In this document: positions 8,941 to 17,336 of the stretch, in pieces
Position numbering within the stretch: the first letter of the stretch is position 1
Layout: each line of letters starts with the position of its first letter
From: Oscillospiraceae bacterium
Lineage (GTDB): Bacteria; Bacillota; Clostridia; Oscillospirales; Oscillospiraceae
Direction: 5' to 3'
DNA: 64,000 nucleotides
Assembly (NCBI GenBank): GCA_015067785.1
Contig: SVLR01000010.1
Span: forward strand, 1,915 to 65,914
Notes under the pieces: model-generated
What the model saw: only the letters and a program-made list of their open reading frames with translations
Databases searched by the model: none
What the model was told of the DNA's origin: nothing
Position numbers and translations under genes: made by a program

Positions 8941-9650
8941 TCATCGAAGTTCTATTTAATGAAGTCTGCGGACTAAACGGCGATGCCCAAAATGCCGCCT
9001 ATCTGCGCTACGCTATGCCTGATGCAGAAATCATCTACACATCCCTGCTGGACACTCCCTATTTTGCGGAAAATCGCCCGGATATGATCTTACTTGGCTA
9101 TATGACCGAAAACACCCAGCGCCGGGTCATCGAAAAGCTGATGCCGCTAAAAGATCGGCTGTGCGCCCTGATCGACGACGGCGTGGTATTTCTTGCCACC
9201 GGTAATGCAGGCGAGATCTTCTGCAAGAAGATAAGCTATGTAACAGAAAAGATCCAATGCGATGGCTTGGGCATTTTTGATTTGGAAGTCCAGACCGACC
9301 TGTTTAAGCGCTATAACGGCAAGATCCTCAGCAATTTCGACGGCATTGAGGTGGTGGGCTTCCGTACCCAGTTTAGCCATATCTACGGTGATAATTCCGA
9401 CTGTTATTTTGCCAAAGTCATTCGCGGCATCGGTATTAACCCCGAGAGCAAACTGGAGGGTATGCGGAAGAATAACCTTCTTTGCACCCACACCGTCGGT
9501 CCTATTCTCCCCTTAAATCCCCTGTTTTGCGAGAAGCTGATCGCACTTGCAGGCGGAAATGCAGAGGCTGCTTTCCGGGACGAGGCCATTGCCGCCTACG
9601 AGGAACGGCTCACAGAATGGAACGACCCCAAAATTCGATTTGATATGTAA
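8937..9650 (+). CDS. gatD: GatD-like (CobQ-type glutamine amidotransferase) subunit, divergent catalytic site
   Basis: L.GD..N N-terminus, GLGIFD, GPILPLNP; directly follows murT. Confidence 0.75.
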   Translation: MIIEVLFNEVCGLNGDAQNAAYLRYAMPDAEIIYTSLLDTPYFAENRPDMILLGYMTENTQRRVIEKLMPLKDRLCALIDDGVVFLATGNAGEIFCKKISYVTEKIQCDGLGIFDLEVQTDLFKRYNGKILSNFDGIEVVGFRTQFSHIYGDNSDCYFAKVIRGIGINPESKLEGMRKNNLLCTHTVGPILPLNPLFCEKLIALAGGNAEAAFRDEAIAAYEERLTEWNDPKIRFDM

Positions 9651-9659
9651 AAAGAAGCA

Positions 9660-9699
9660 AAAACCTTCCGGCAACTGTAAAAGTTACCGGAAGGCTTTT
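9660..9699. terminator. bidirectional terminator
   Basis: AAAACCTTCCGG..CCGGAAGGCTTTT between convergent genes. Confidence 0.75.
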
Positions 9700-9703
9700 A
9701 TTT

Positions 9704-10726
9704 TCATATCTTTTTCCTCACAAACAGTTTCGAAAGCTTGTAGGTCAAGAAGATGATCTCGTATATAAAGAATGAGATCAGAAATACAACTGCGCTTTTT
9801 AACATCAGACTCGAAAATGTGATGAAATAGGACAGTGCGTATGCGACGCCCATATGCAAAATATAAATATAGAAGGGTGCGGATTTGCCGATCCAAGTAT
9901 AGAAGAACTTACAATCCGCTTTTTGGATCCCCACAAAGAACTGCAGGAAGCATGCCGCAGAAATGACGCCTGTTATATACATTTCCAAGCCGGAATTTTC
10001 CCGGGCAACGAGCCAGTTTTCCGGGATCTGCAATACAAAAAAGGCTATTGCCAACACCAAATAAATATATTTGTACCAGCTCTTATTGTGCCAATTCCTT
10101 TGTGCCATCAGGTAGCCCAAGCCAAAGGTAGGCACGCCGAAAAACCACGCGTTGCGCATATAACGGATAGGAATATCCGTATGGGGCTGAATGATATACA
10201 TAAATCCGCTGAAGAAGAAGTAGACCGCAAAACAAATGGGTACGAGCATTTTATACAGGTCGGTCTTTTGCAGCTTTACAAGCAGGAAATGGACAAGAGA
10301 AAGAACGAAAAGCGCGATCAAAAACCAAATCTGCGCGCCTACTGTATAATAAGGAATCGGCGCGTTTAGGAAGAAGAATTTGAAAAGCGGTGAATTCCCC
10401 TCATAGAATATGGTGGTAAAGAACCAGCCGACGCTTGTCCCGCTGCACAGGCAAGAGATAAATTCATAAACCGTATAAAAAGCTATGCCGATAAGCATAT
10501 ACATTGCACTGCGCCGAATAAATCCAGCTGCCTTTTTCTCTCTCTTTTCCTCATCCGCAGTATAAAGAAAATATCCGCTTATCATAAAGAACATAGGAAC
10601 CGAAAGACGGTAGAGCGGATAGAAAGCGTACACCTTATCCGTCAGGTGAATGCAGACGATCATAAACGCAAGGAAGAAACGAAACAGATCTAAATAGACA
10701 TTTCTCCCCTTTTCTGTTTTAGGCAT
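9704..10726 (-). CDS. acyltransferase-3 (OafA-like) membrane O-acyltransferase
   Basis: RN..LD.FR...AFMIVCIH, VPMFFMISGY, WFL, IYILH; about 10 TM segments. Confidence 0.85.
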   Translation of the reverse strand: MPKTEKGRNVYLDLFRFFLAFMIVCIHLTDKVYAFYPLYRLSVPMFFMISGYFLYTADEEKREKKAAGFIRRSAMYMLIGIAFYTVYEFISCLCSGTSVGWFFTTIFYEGNSPLFKFFFLNAPIPYYTVGAQIWFLIALFVLSLVHFLLVKLQKTDLYKMLVPICFAVYFFFSGFMYIIQPHTDIPIRYMRNAWFFGVPTFGLGYLMAQRNWHNKSWYKYIYLVLAIAFFVLQIPENWLVARENSGLEMYITGVISAACFLQFFVGIQKADCKFFYTWIGKSAPFYIYILHMGVAYALSYFITFSSLMLKSAVVFLISFFIYEIIFLTYKLSKLFVRKKI

Positions 10727-10823
10727 ATAAAGCTTCCCTTTCAGGTTATATCGAATCTAATTTCCTATGCTGTATTCTATCATATATGACACACAGTTCG
10801 CAAGAGCGTATCTAAAAAAGGAA

Positions 10824-10851
10824 TCCCCCGGCATCCGTGAGGATGCCGGGG
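10824..10851 (-). terminator. intrinsic terminator
   Basis: CCCCCGGCATCC-gtga-GGATGCCGGGG with upstream A-run. Confidence 0.75.
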
Positions 10852-10865
10852 CTGCTGATCACTTC

Positions 10866-11819
10866 TTATGGTTCCTCTGTTGCGGGCATACGGCAACGGA
10901 TCCAGTATTCCAGCTCAGCGTCCGTAATATTGTAACTGACTTGGCTCATACTGTGTTTCTGACCGTCACTCTCACTATAGAAGCTACCGCTCCACAGTCC
11001 GTCAACGCGCCAGGTTTTCCCATCCAGCGTCAATTCTGCTAAATCTCCTGCCTTATAGGTGAAAGGTACGGTTTTCTTGATCTGCGTTGTCGGTGTTTCC
11101 TTCAGGGCATAGTAGACCGCTGCGGTAGTAGCACCTTTCGCGGTGTCAATTACATAGTAGAAATACTGATAGGGATATTCAGCCAGTTCCCCGTTCTCAA
11201 TGTTAGCAGAGGTGCCAAGCTCGTAAATCCCGCGGACCGAAAAGCCCTGATAATCGTATTCCTTCAGATCACCCAATTGCGCCTTTGCATAGCTAAGGTC
11301 AGTCGCATTATCTACCTTTTCCCAACGCACGCTGTAATCCTCTGTTCGCATGGGCTTTTTGGTAATAAGCTGTGTATAATCAAAGGCAGATTTGGAGCAA
11401 TTCAGTATATTTCTGTTTATTCCCAGCCGGTTGGTGCCGCCTGTGCTGTTCTTACTTATGGAATCGTTGTAAATCACATATTCCACCTTAGAGGAATCTT
11501 CTGCATTGTACTCGTATGACAGCTTCACTTCTTTTACATAGGCAGGGGCATTCGCTTCCTTATGTACATAATAGCCGGTATCCGTGCCGGTTACGATCAA
11601 ATAATCCTCGTACTGGTATTCTTCGTCGTTAATATAATCATAGTGTCTTGGCGTGTAGCCCTCTTTCCGTTCATAGGACGGTGTATATGTATAGTGTGCA
11701 AGCTTGTAGGTACCCTTTACCTTATCCATCTTACGGCCGGAGATTACATAGCATCCGGCCATACTGAGCGCAAAGGCTATAACGAGCAGTACAACAAGCA
11801 AAATTCGGGTTTTCTTCAT
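10866..11819 (-). CDS. hypothetical lipoprotein
   Basis: Signal peptide with lipobox MAGC, RBS AAGGAGG, Tyr-rich mature part. Confidence 0.7.
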   Translation of the reverse strand: MKKTRILLVVLLVIAFALSMAGCYVISGRKMDKVKGTYKLAHYTYTPSYERKEGYTPRHYDYINDEEYQYEDYLIVTGTDTGYYVHKEANAPAYVKEVKLSYEYNAEDSSKVEYVIYNDSISKNSTGGTNRLGINRNILNCSKSAFDYTQLITKKPMRTEDYSVRWEKVDNATDLSYAKAQLGDLKEYDYQGFSVRGIYELGTSANIENGELAEYPYQYFYYVIDTAKGATTAAVYYALKETPTTQIKKTVPFTYKAGDLAELTLDGKTWRVDGLWSGSFYSESDGQKHSMSQVSYNITDAELEYWIRCRMPATEEP

Positions 11820-11963
11820 ATTGATTGCCTCCTTTGATAGTCTTTACTTTCCTTTTAAATGCCTTGTCGGGATACTCCCCTACATCTGTATTATATTAGG
11901 AATATTGCTATTTGTCAATAAAAATTTTGTGAGAGCCTATTGGGAAAAAAAGAAAAATAACTC

Positions 11964-11992
11964 TTGACAAATCGCCTCGAATGGAGTAGTAT
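11964..11992 (+). promoter_or_regulatory. sigma-A promoter of tRNA-Ser
   Basis: TTGACA-17bp-TAGTAT. Confidence 0.75.
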
Positions 11993-12018
11993 ATTCAAGC
12001 GGTCAAAAACTGCTACTT

Positions 12019-12110
12019 GGAGAAGTCGCGTAGCTGGCCGAGCGCGCACGATTGGAAATCGTGTATACCCCAAAAGGGTATCGAGGGTTCAAATCCCTCC
12101 TTCTCCGCCA
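12019..12110 (+). tRNA. tRNA-Ser(GGA)
   Basis: GGAGAAG...CTTCTCCGCCA, anticodon arm CACGA-TT-GGA-AA-TCGTG, long variable arm. Confidence 0.95.
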
Positions 12111-12232
12111 AAAATCGACAAGTTTCGACAGAAGCTTGTCGATTTTACTTTTTCACTCTTCACTCTTCACTTTTCACTAATTCCTTGTCGATTTTTGGCG
12201 GAAGTAATAAGTAATAGTGAATAGTGAAAAGG
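12111..12232 (+). repeat. terminator plus heptamer-repeat inverted structure
   Basis: AAAATCGACAAG..CTTGTCGATTTT hairpin, TTCACT(C/T/A) x4, antisense copy of the tRNA end, AGTAAT/AGTGAA repeats. Confidence 0.6.
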
Positions 12233-12436
12233 TGCTGATGTAGCTTTTCTCTTTATAGTCGAAAAGCGATTTGTTATAAAACGAATACACGACAGTTCAA
12301 GCCCAAACAAAAAGTGGCGAAAATATCTTTTTTATCGCTCTTTCACAAACAAAAACCGCCATTCCTATACAAAGGGATTGCGGTTTTTGCTTTTTTGTGA
12401 TATAATCAAATTAGTAATTAACCGGGAGGATAATCT

Positions 12437-13294
12437 ATAAAAGCGTACACAGGGTTATATCCTTATGCTTTTATGTCATATTCGCATAAGGATGAAGATA
12501 AAATCAAACCTTTGATCGACAAATTGCAAAGCGTCGGTTGCAATATTTGGTATGATGAAGGAATTTTACCTGCAGATGAATGGGCAGAAACCATTGCTAA
12601 AAAGCTCTCGAAGGCAACACTTTTTTTCTTGATCCTATCCAACAACTCTATTGAGTCGCAAAATGTCAAAAGAGAAATATACTATGCCGTTTCAAATGAT
12701 ATTCCGATTTTAACTTTTTATCTTGAAGATGTCGAGTTGTCCCAAGGGATAGCTATGCAGTTGGGGATTTCGCAAGCTATTCATACTAAAAACAACATCG
12801 AATCCGATTATACCACGATAAAAAATGTTTTCCCAACAGATGCCGTGAGCAATAATGAGCCGGAAATTATCTATAGTACGCCTAAATTCTTATATGCTTT
12901 TATGATAGAGGAATTCAAAAATCAATATTCCATTATTCAGATCAATCGCGAAAACAGGCAGCGAAGAGTTTTGTTTCAACATAGAGATAGTAGCGCATTT
13001 TTGACGTGGTATACTTGTGAATCTATACATTTTTCACCATGCGACGAATTTAATCCAAAGCAAGAAAATACTCTTTTCTTTTCCGTATATAGTGATTTGG
13101 ATCACGATGTTGGAGTGATGGCTCCTAATTTGTATATTCAAGTAGATTTCTCTATCACGAATCCAAATACTGACTATGCCGTGTTGAATGTTTTAGGCGG
13201 ACGGAAAAAGCGAAAAGAAGCTTCCGCGACAGATACAGAAAGCCTTTCTGATATTGGATCATCTTATTGGTTAAAGAACAATGTTGATGATTGA
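12437..13294 (+). CDS. TIR domain-containing protein (AT-rich)
   Basis: AYTG.YPYAFMSYSHKD, IWYDEGI, SQNVKREI; in-frame ATA 7 nt after GGGAGG (ORF track start 12473 cuts the TIR beta-A strand). Confidence 0.85.
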   Translation: MKAYTGLYPYAFMSYSHKDEDKIKPLIDKLQSVGCNIWYDEGILPADEWAETIAKKLSKATLFFLILSNNSIESQNVKREIYYAVSNDIPILTFYLEDVELSQGIAMQLGISQAIHTKNNIESDYTTIKNVFPTDAVSNNEPEIIYSTPKFLYAFMIEEFKNQYSIIQINRENRQRRVLFQHRDSSAFLTWYTCESIHFSPCDEFNPKQENTLFFSVYSDLDHDVGVMAPNLYIQVDFSITNPNTDYAVLNVLGGRKKRKEASATDTESLSDIGSSYWLKNNVDD

Positions 13295-13316
13295 AATTGT
13301 ATCAAAATTACAGTCA

Positions 13317-13366
13317 TTAGCCAAATAAAAACACCACCCAATCGGGTGGTGTTTTTATTTGACTAA
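13317..13366 (+). terminator. long hairpin terminator after TIR gene
   Basis: TTAGCCAAATAAAAACACCACC-caatcg-GGTGGTGTTTTTATTTGACTAA. Confidence 0.8.
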
Positions 13367-13367
13367 A

Positions 13368-13495
13368 GAGGGATTTGAAGATCTAAAATGCAACAGTCCA
13401 GTGGACTGTTGCCGCCGACGGCTTGACGGAGGCGAACCTTAATTTTCTTTCACGGCTGTGAAAGAAAATGCAAATAAATCCCTTTTTCTCTGTCA
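13368..13495. repeat. palindromic element with GTCCAGTGGAC core bounded by tRNA-Ser T-arm copies
   Basis: AGGGATTT...AAATCCCT termini; GCAACAGTCC-agt-GGACTGTTGC and ATTTTCTTTCAC..GTGAAAGAAAAT hairpins. Confidence 0.65.
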
Positions 13496-13576
13496 CATTA
13501 AGCCAGCAGCACTCCGGTTCTCTCCCCTTTTTAATGTGTTATAGCTATTGCTGATTACGATGAAAGTCGTTAATAT

Positions 13577-13605
13577 TTGACAAATTGTAAAACTGTACAT
13601 ATAAT
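13577..13605 (+). promoter_or_regulatory. sigma-A promoter
   Basis: TTGACA-17bp-TATAAT perfect consensus, 31 bp before ATG. Confidence 0.85.
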
Positions 13606-13636
13606 ACTTTTACAAATACAATAGTGAGGTATTACT

Positions 13637-14926
13637 ATGAAATGGAAACACAATATCAAATATTGGCTGATTGCATTTGCCCTGACATTGCTCGCGGCAG
13701 TAATGATGTATGTCGGTGTTGCGCTGTATTTTGATACTGGCTATTTTGATACGGTAAATACCGTTCTTGGCTTTGGTATTGGGCTGGTTTCTCTGCTCAT
13801 TTCCGTTGTTGCATTGATCTTCTCTGTAATCACTTATGTGTCAATTGACGCAGTAAATGCCCTTTCCTCTATGGAAGGTAATGTGCTTTGCAGCGAGAGC
13901 TACAATGCAGAATATATGCTGCTTGTAGACCAATATGACGATTGCCTTACTCAACTGGATTTGCAGAAAAGACTTTTTTGCGACCTTGACGATTATCTGA
14001 AAAAACATAGCAAAACTTGTATGGCCTTTACGGATTTTCTCCAGTATTTCCTTGACCGCTTGCTGTGGTTTGCATATCTGGACACCAAGCGTGAAGATTA
14101 TCAGGCATCGGTGATGGAGATCATTGAAAAAATCGAAAAGAAGTATAACGAGTTTAATGCCATCAGCAACGGCAATCAGTATGTGCTCAGAGAACACATT
14201 AAACTGATCAAAAATGTTCTTAACTATCAGTCTGTATCCCACGAAGGACAAGAACTGGATGCCAACGGAAAAATGCTCAACATTCGCGGACGGATGCTGG
14301 TAAACGGTGTGTCTAAAACGGTATATTACGATTACTTAGGCTTGGAATATCACAAGATGGCGTTGCAGAAAATCCGGCAAATAACAGGCTATGCCGACGA
14401 GGAATTTCTTTCCCACAATATGGATCTGATCTCTCATTTCTCTTACTCTGAAGATGAAATAAAGGAAATCAATCTTTACCTAACACAAGCCCGGATGGCC
14501 TTTGAGCAAGCAACCCTTTCCAGTGAAAATGACATACTTTGGAAAGGCTACATTTCATTTAACTGCGCGCGAATTGATCTTTTGTCCTATCTCGTAAATA
14601 ACAATTTCCCCGAAAGCTGGCATAAGAGTTTGGCAGATGCGATTGAATCGCGCTATTTTGTCAGAAAACTGTTTGTATCAGAAGGGAAGGCGGATTCCTT
14701 CTTGAAATTGGAGTTTGCCAAAGAACATATTTATGCTAAAGCATTGTCCCTTTCCCTAAAACACTATCTCTCCCCTGACGATGCAGAAAAAACACACCTT
14801 GTAAAAGAAGCAGAAGCTTTGCGCAAGGAAATTATGGCACTTAATACAAATAACGAAATTATTTTCAAAAGATCGCTGAAATACATCCACGACATTTTGG
14901 GAGAAAAGGCGCCAATGAAGGTTTAA
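13637..14926 (+). CDS. hypothetical protein, two N-terminal TM helices plus large alpha-helical domain
   Basis: 429-aa ORF, RBS GAGG, own promoter; no family recognised. Confidence 0.7.
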   Translation: MKWKHNIKYWLIAFALTLLAAVMMYVGVALYFDTGYFDTVNTVLGFGIGLVSLLISVVALIFSVITYVSIDAVNALSSMEGNVLCSESYNAEYMLLVDQYDDCLTQLDLQKRLFCDLDDYLKKHSKTCMAFTDFLQYFLDRLLWFAYLDTKREDYQASVMEIIEKIEKKYNEFNAISNGNQYVLREHIKLIKNVLNYQSVSHEGQELDANGKMLNIRGRMLVNGVSKTVYYDYLGLEYHKMALQKIRQITGYADEEFLSHNMDLISHFSYSEDEIKEINLYLTQARMAFEQATLSSENDILWKGYISFNCARIDLLSYLVNNNFPESWHKSLADAIESRYFVRKLFVSEGKADSFLKLEFAKEHIYAKALSLSLKHYLSPDDAEKTHLVKEAEALRKEIMALNTNNEIIFKRSLKYIHDILGEKAPMKV

Positions 14927-14964
14927 TGCCCATGGCATTTCCTCAGGAATGAAGACGCAAACAT

Positions 14965-15006
14965 AACCCTCCTTCTCCGCATCACTTGGTGCGTTGAAGG
15001 AGGGTT
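14965..15006. terminator. bidirectional hairpin containing a 14-bp copy of the tRNA-Ser 3' end
   Basis: AACCCTCCTTC..GAAGGAGGGTT; CCCTCCTTCTCCGC at 14967-14980 equals 12095-12108. Confidence 0.65.
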
Positions 15007-15025
15007 TCGTTATTTCCTTATTGCA

Positions 15026-17206
15026 TTATTCCTCTGCGTAGCCCCAAACGATTGGCCTTTTATCAGGATTCATTGAGGCATGCCAACCATATGTCTGATT
15101 GTACTCCCAATCCTCTTCGTTTGGCCAAGCCTCGGCTTCGCAACAGATCGTAAGCGCCTCGCAGCCCTCAAATGCACCGCGCCCTATTCTTGTCACGGAG
15201 ATGGGAACGACAATCTCCTTGAGGGTCTTGCAGTCTTCAAAAGCGTACTCACCGATCCGCATTACTGTCTTGGGAATATTGATGCTCGCAAGATTCTCAC
15301 AATCGGAAAACGCATGTCTGCCAATGCCTACAACACCGTCAGGAAGTACGATGCTGCTGATCATCCATTTCCAGTCCTCAAAAGCACCACTGGCAATCAC
15401 CTTTGTGTCCTGATGTATTTCACAGGTCCGGGTCTCTCTATCTATAATCTGCAGCAATATATGATAGGGGTTATTGGCGTTCCCAAAATAACGGACATTT
15501 TTGTATTGTGTTATTTGAAGTGACGAACACTCCTCAAAAGCATACTTACCCACATAAACCAGTGTTTTAGGGATTTCAAAATCTGTCAAAGCCGTGCAGG
15601 ATTCAAACGCCCGGTCTTCAATACTTGTCACAGAGTTTCCGAGTTCTATACTTGTGAGCGAGCTGCAATTATGAAACGCCAAATAAGGAATCTCCGTGAT
15701 GCCGTTGCCAAGCCTTGCACTTTCCAAGGAGGAGCAGCCTGAAAACGCTTCGTAGCCAAGATATGTCACAGAATCTGGGATAACAATACCGGCAAGTGAC
15801 CTACATCCAAAAAAGGCTGCATCACCTATGCTCGTTACAGAATCAGGGATCTCTACACATGTGAGATCATCACAAAAATAAAACGCGCTATCACCGATAT
15901 TGGTAACAGAATCAGGAATCTTCACCGTTTTCAGAGCGCAGTTAAAAAACACCCCGTATCCAATCGTTGTTACCGTATCGGGAATTTCTACATTTTCCAG
16001 GGAAAGGCACTGATAAAACGCGCGGTCCCCAATCACCGTCACTGAACTTGGAATCACTACACGCTTTAGAGATCTGCAGCCGGAGAAAACATTACCGTCA
16101 ATGCCGGTCATAAAATCGGGAATGGTCAGTTCCGTCAAAAGCGCACCGTCAATATACATATATGCTATGTGATTTAGAGGATTCGAAGCTTCTGTTTCAA
16201 ACTGAATTCTGCACCAGTCCTCTATCGTTCCCGTGTAATAAACATTATGGATCCATTGGGGCTGGTTATCACCGTCGCGTCCAAATGCATCTTTACCAAC
16301 ACTTCGCAAGGAGGACGGAAGGGTCACATTCTCCATTGCTTCGCAATCCAAGAAGGCAAAGCTGCCTATTTTCTCTACGGCCTCACCAATCACTATATTT
16401 GTAAGCTCCTTACAGCCTTCAAAAGCATGATCCCGAACCGTTCCGGATTCTATAGTTACAGTATTCAAATCAGGTAGCTCCGCATAGGGATAGTAAGGAA
16501 CATTTCCCTCAAAGGTAAGGCTTGTAAGAGAAACGCAGCTATTAAGCAGTCCGCTTTGAACAACCTTTGCTCCGCTGTGGGCAGTAAAATGATCCACAGT
16601 TGTGTCCTTAATTTTTATGAGCGCGGCATAGGGATTCTGCTCATTTCCGAGATAGCAGCCGTTTTCATATTCTTTGTATGTAAGCGCGTCACACTGATCG
16701 AATGCGTTGGTGCCAATGTGCGTTACAGAATCGGGGATACTGATCTTCTCAAGAATCGGGCACATCTTAAAGGCGGTATCTCCGATATATTCCAGAGATT
16801 CCGGCAGCTTGATCTCTTCCAGTATCAAGCATCCGGCAAACGCGTCCTCACCAATATAGGTGACCGAATCCGGAATATCTATTTCCGGCAAAAGTACACA
16901 TCCTGTAAAGGCACCGCTGCCGATTCTCGTAACAGTATCAGGAATCGTAACAGACACCAAGCTTGTATAGCCTGTAAAAGCCGCATCCGAAATTGCCACG
17001 ACCGGTTTTCCATTGTATTGGCTGGGTATATCTACAGTAAAGCTTTTATAAAACCTCTCTTTGCCGGAGAAGCCGGTAACCGCATATCCGCCCTCTGTCT
17101 CAGAAAACAAGAGTCCGCCGCTGCCGGGAGAATAGCAAGCTGTGCAGAGCAATACCGCGCAGACCAGAGTGAGCGCAGCCAAAAGAGATAACAGCATTTT
17201 CTTCAT
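15026..17206 (-). CDS. BspA-type leucine-rich repeat (LRR_5) lipoprotein
   Basis: Many IPDSVTxIGxxAFxxCxxL repeats; signal peptide with lipobox CTAC. Confidence 0.9.
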   Translation of the reverse strand: MKKMLLSLLAALTLVCAVLLCTACYSPGSGGLLFSETEGGYAVTGFSGKERFYKSFTVDIPSQYNGKPVVAISDAAFTGYTSLVSVTIPDTVTRIGSGAFTGCVLLPEIDIPDSVTYIGEDAFAGCLILEEIKLPESLEYIGDTAFKMCPILEKISIPDSVTHIGTNAFDQCDALTYKEYENGCYLGNEQNPYAALIKIKDTTVDHFTAHSGAKVVQSGLLNSCVSLTSLTFEGNVPYYPYAELPDLNTVTIESGTVRDHAFEGCKELTNIVIGEAVEKIGSFAFLDCEAMENVTLPSSLRSVGKDAFGRDGDNQPQWIHNVYYTGTIEDWCRIQFETEASNPLNHIAYMYIDGALLTELTIPDFMTGIDGNVFSGCRSLKRVVIPSSVTVIGDRAFYQCLSLENVEIPDTVTTIGYGVFFNCALKTVKIPDSVTNIGDSAFYFCDDLTCVEIPDSVTSIGDAAFFGCRSLAGIVIPDSVTYLGYEAFSGCSSLESARLGNGITEIPYLAFHNCSSLTSIELGNSVTSIEDRAFESCTALTDFEIPKTLVYVGKYAFEECSSLQITQYKNVRYFGNANNPYHILLQIIDRETRTCEIHQDTKVIASGAFEDWKWMISSIVLPDGVVGIGRHAFSDCENLASINIPKTVMRIGEYAFEDCKTLKEIVVPISVTRIGRGAFEGCEALTICCEAEAWPNEEDWEYNQTYGWHASMNPDKRPIVWGYAEE

Positions 17207-17301
17207 AATAAGCACTTCCATTCATCGCTTTTTTGTCTATTTTACCATATATTGATACATATCGCAACCATAAATATTTCCATCAGGCTTCCGATGCAAA
17301 T

Positions 17302-17328
17302 AACCCCCGCGCCGATCGGTGCGGGGGT
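17302..17328 (-). terminator. intrinsic terminator of ABC operon
   Basis: ACCCCCGCGCCG-at-CGGTGCGGGGGT. Confidence 0.7.
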
Positions 17329-17336
17329 GTGCGTTT

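Noticed and set aside
12437-14926. Thoeris or CBASS assignment for the TIR gene and its neighbour
   Set aside because: No recognisable ThsA (SIR2/Macro/SLOG) or cyclase motifs; the genes have a terminator and separate promoter between them
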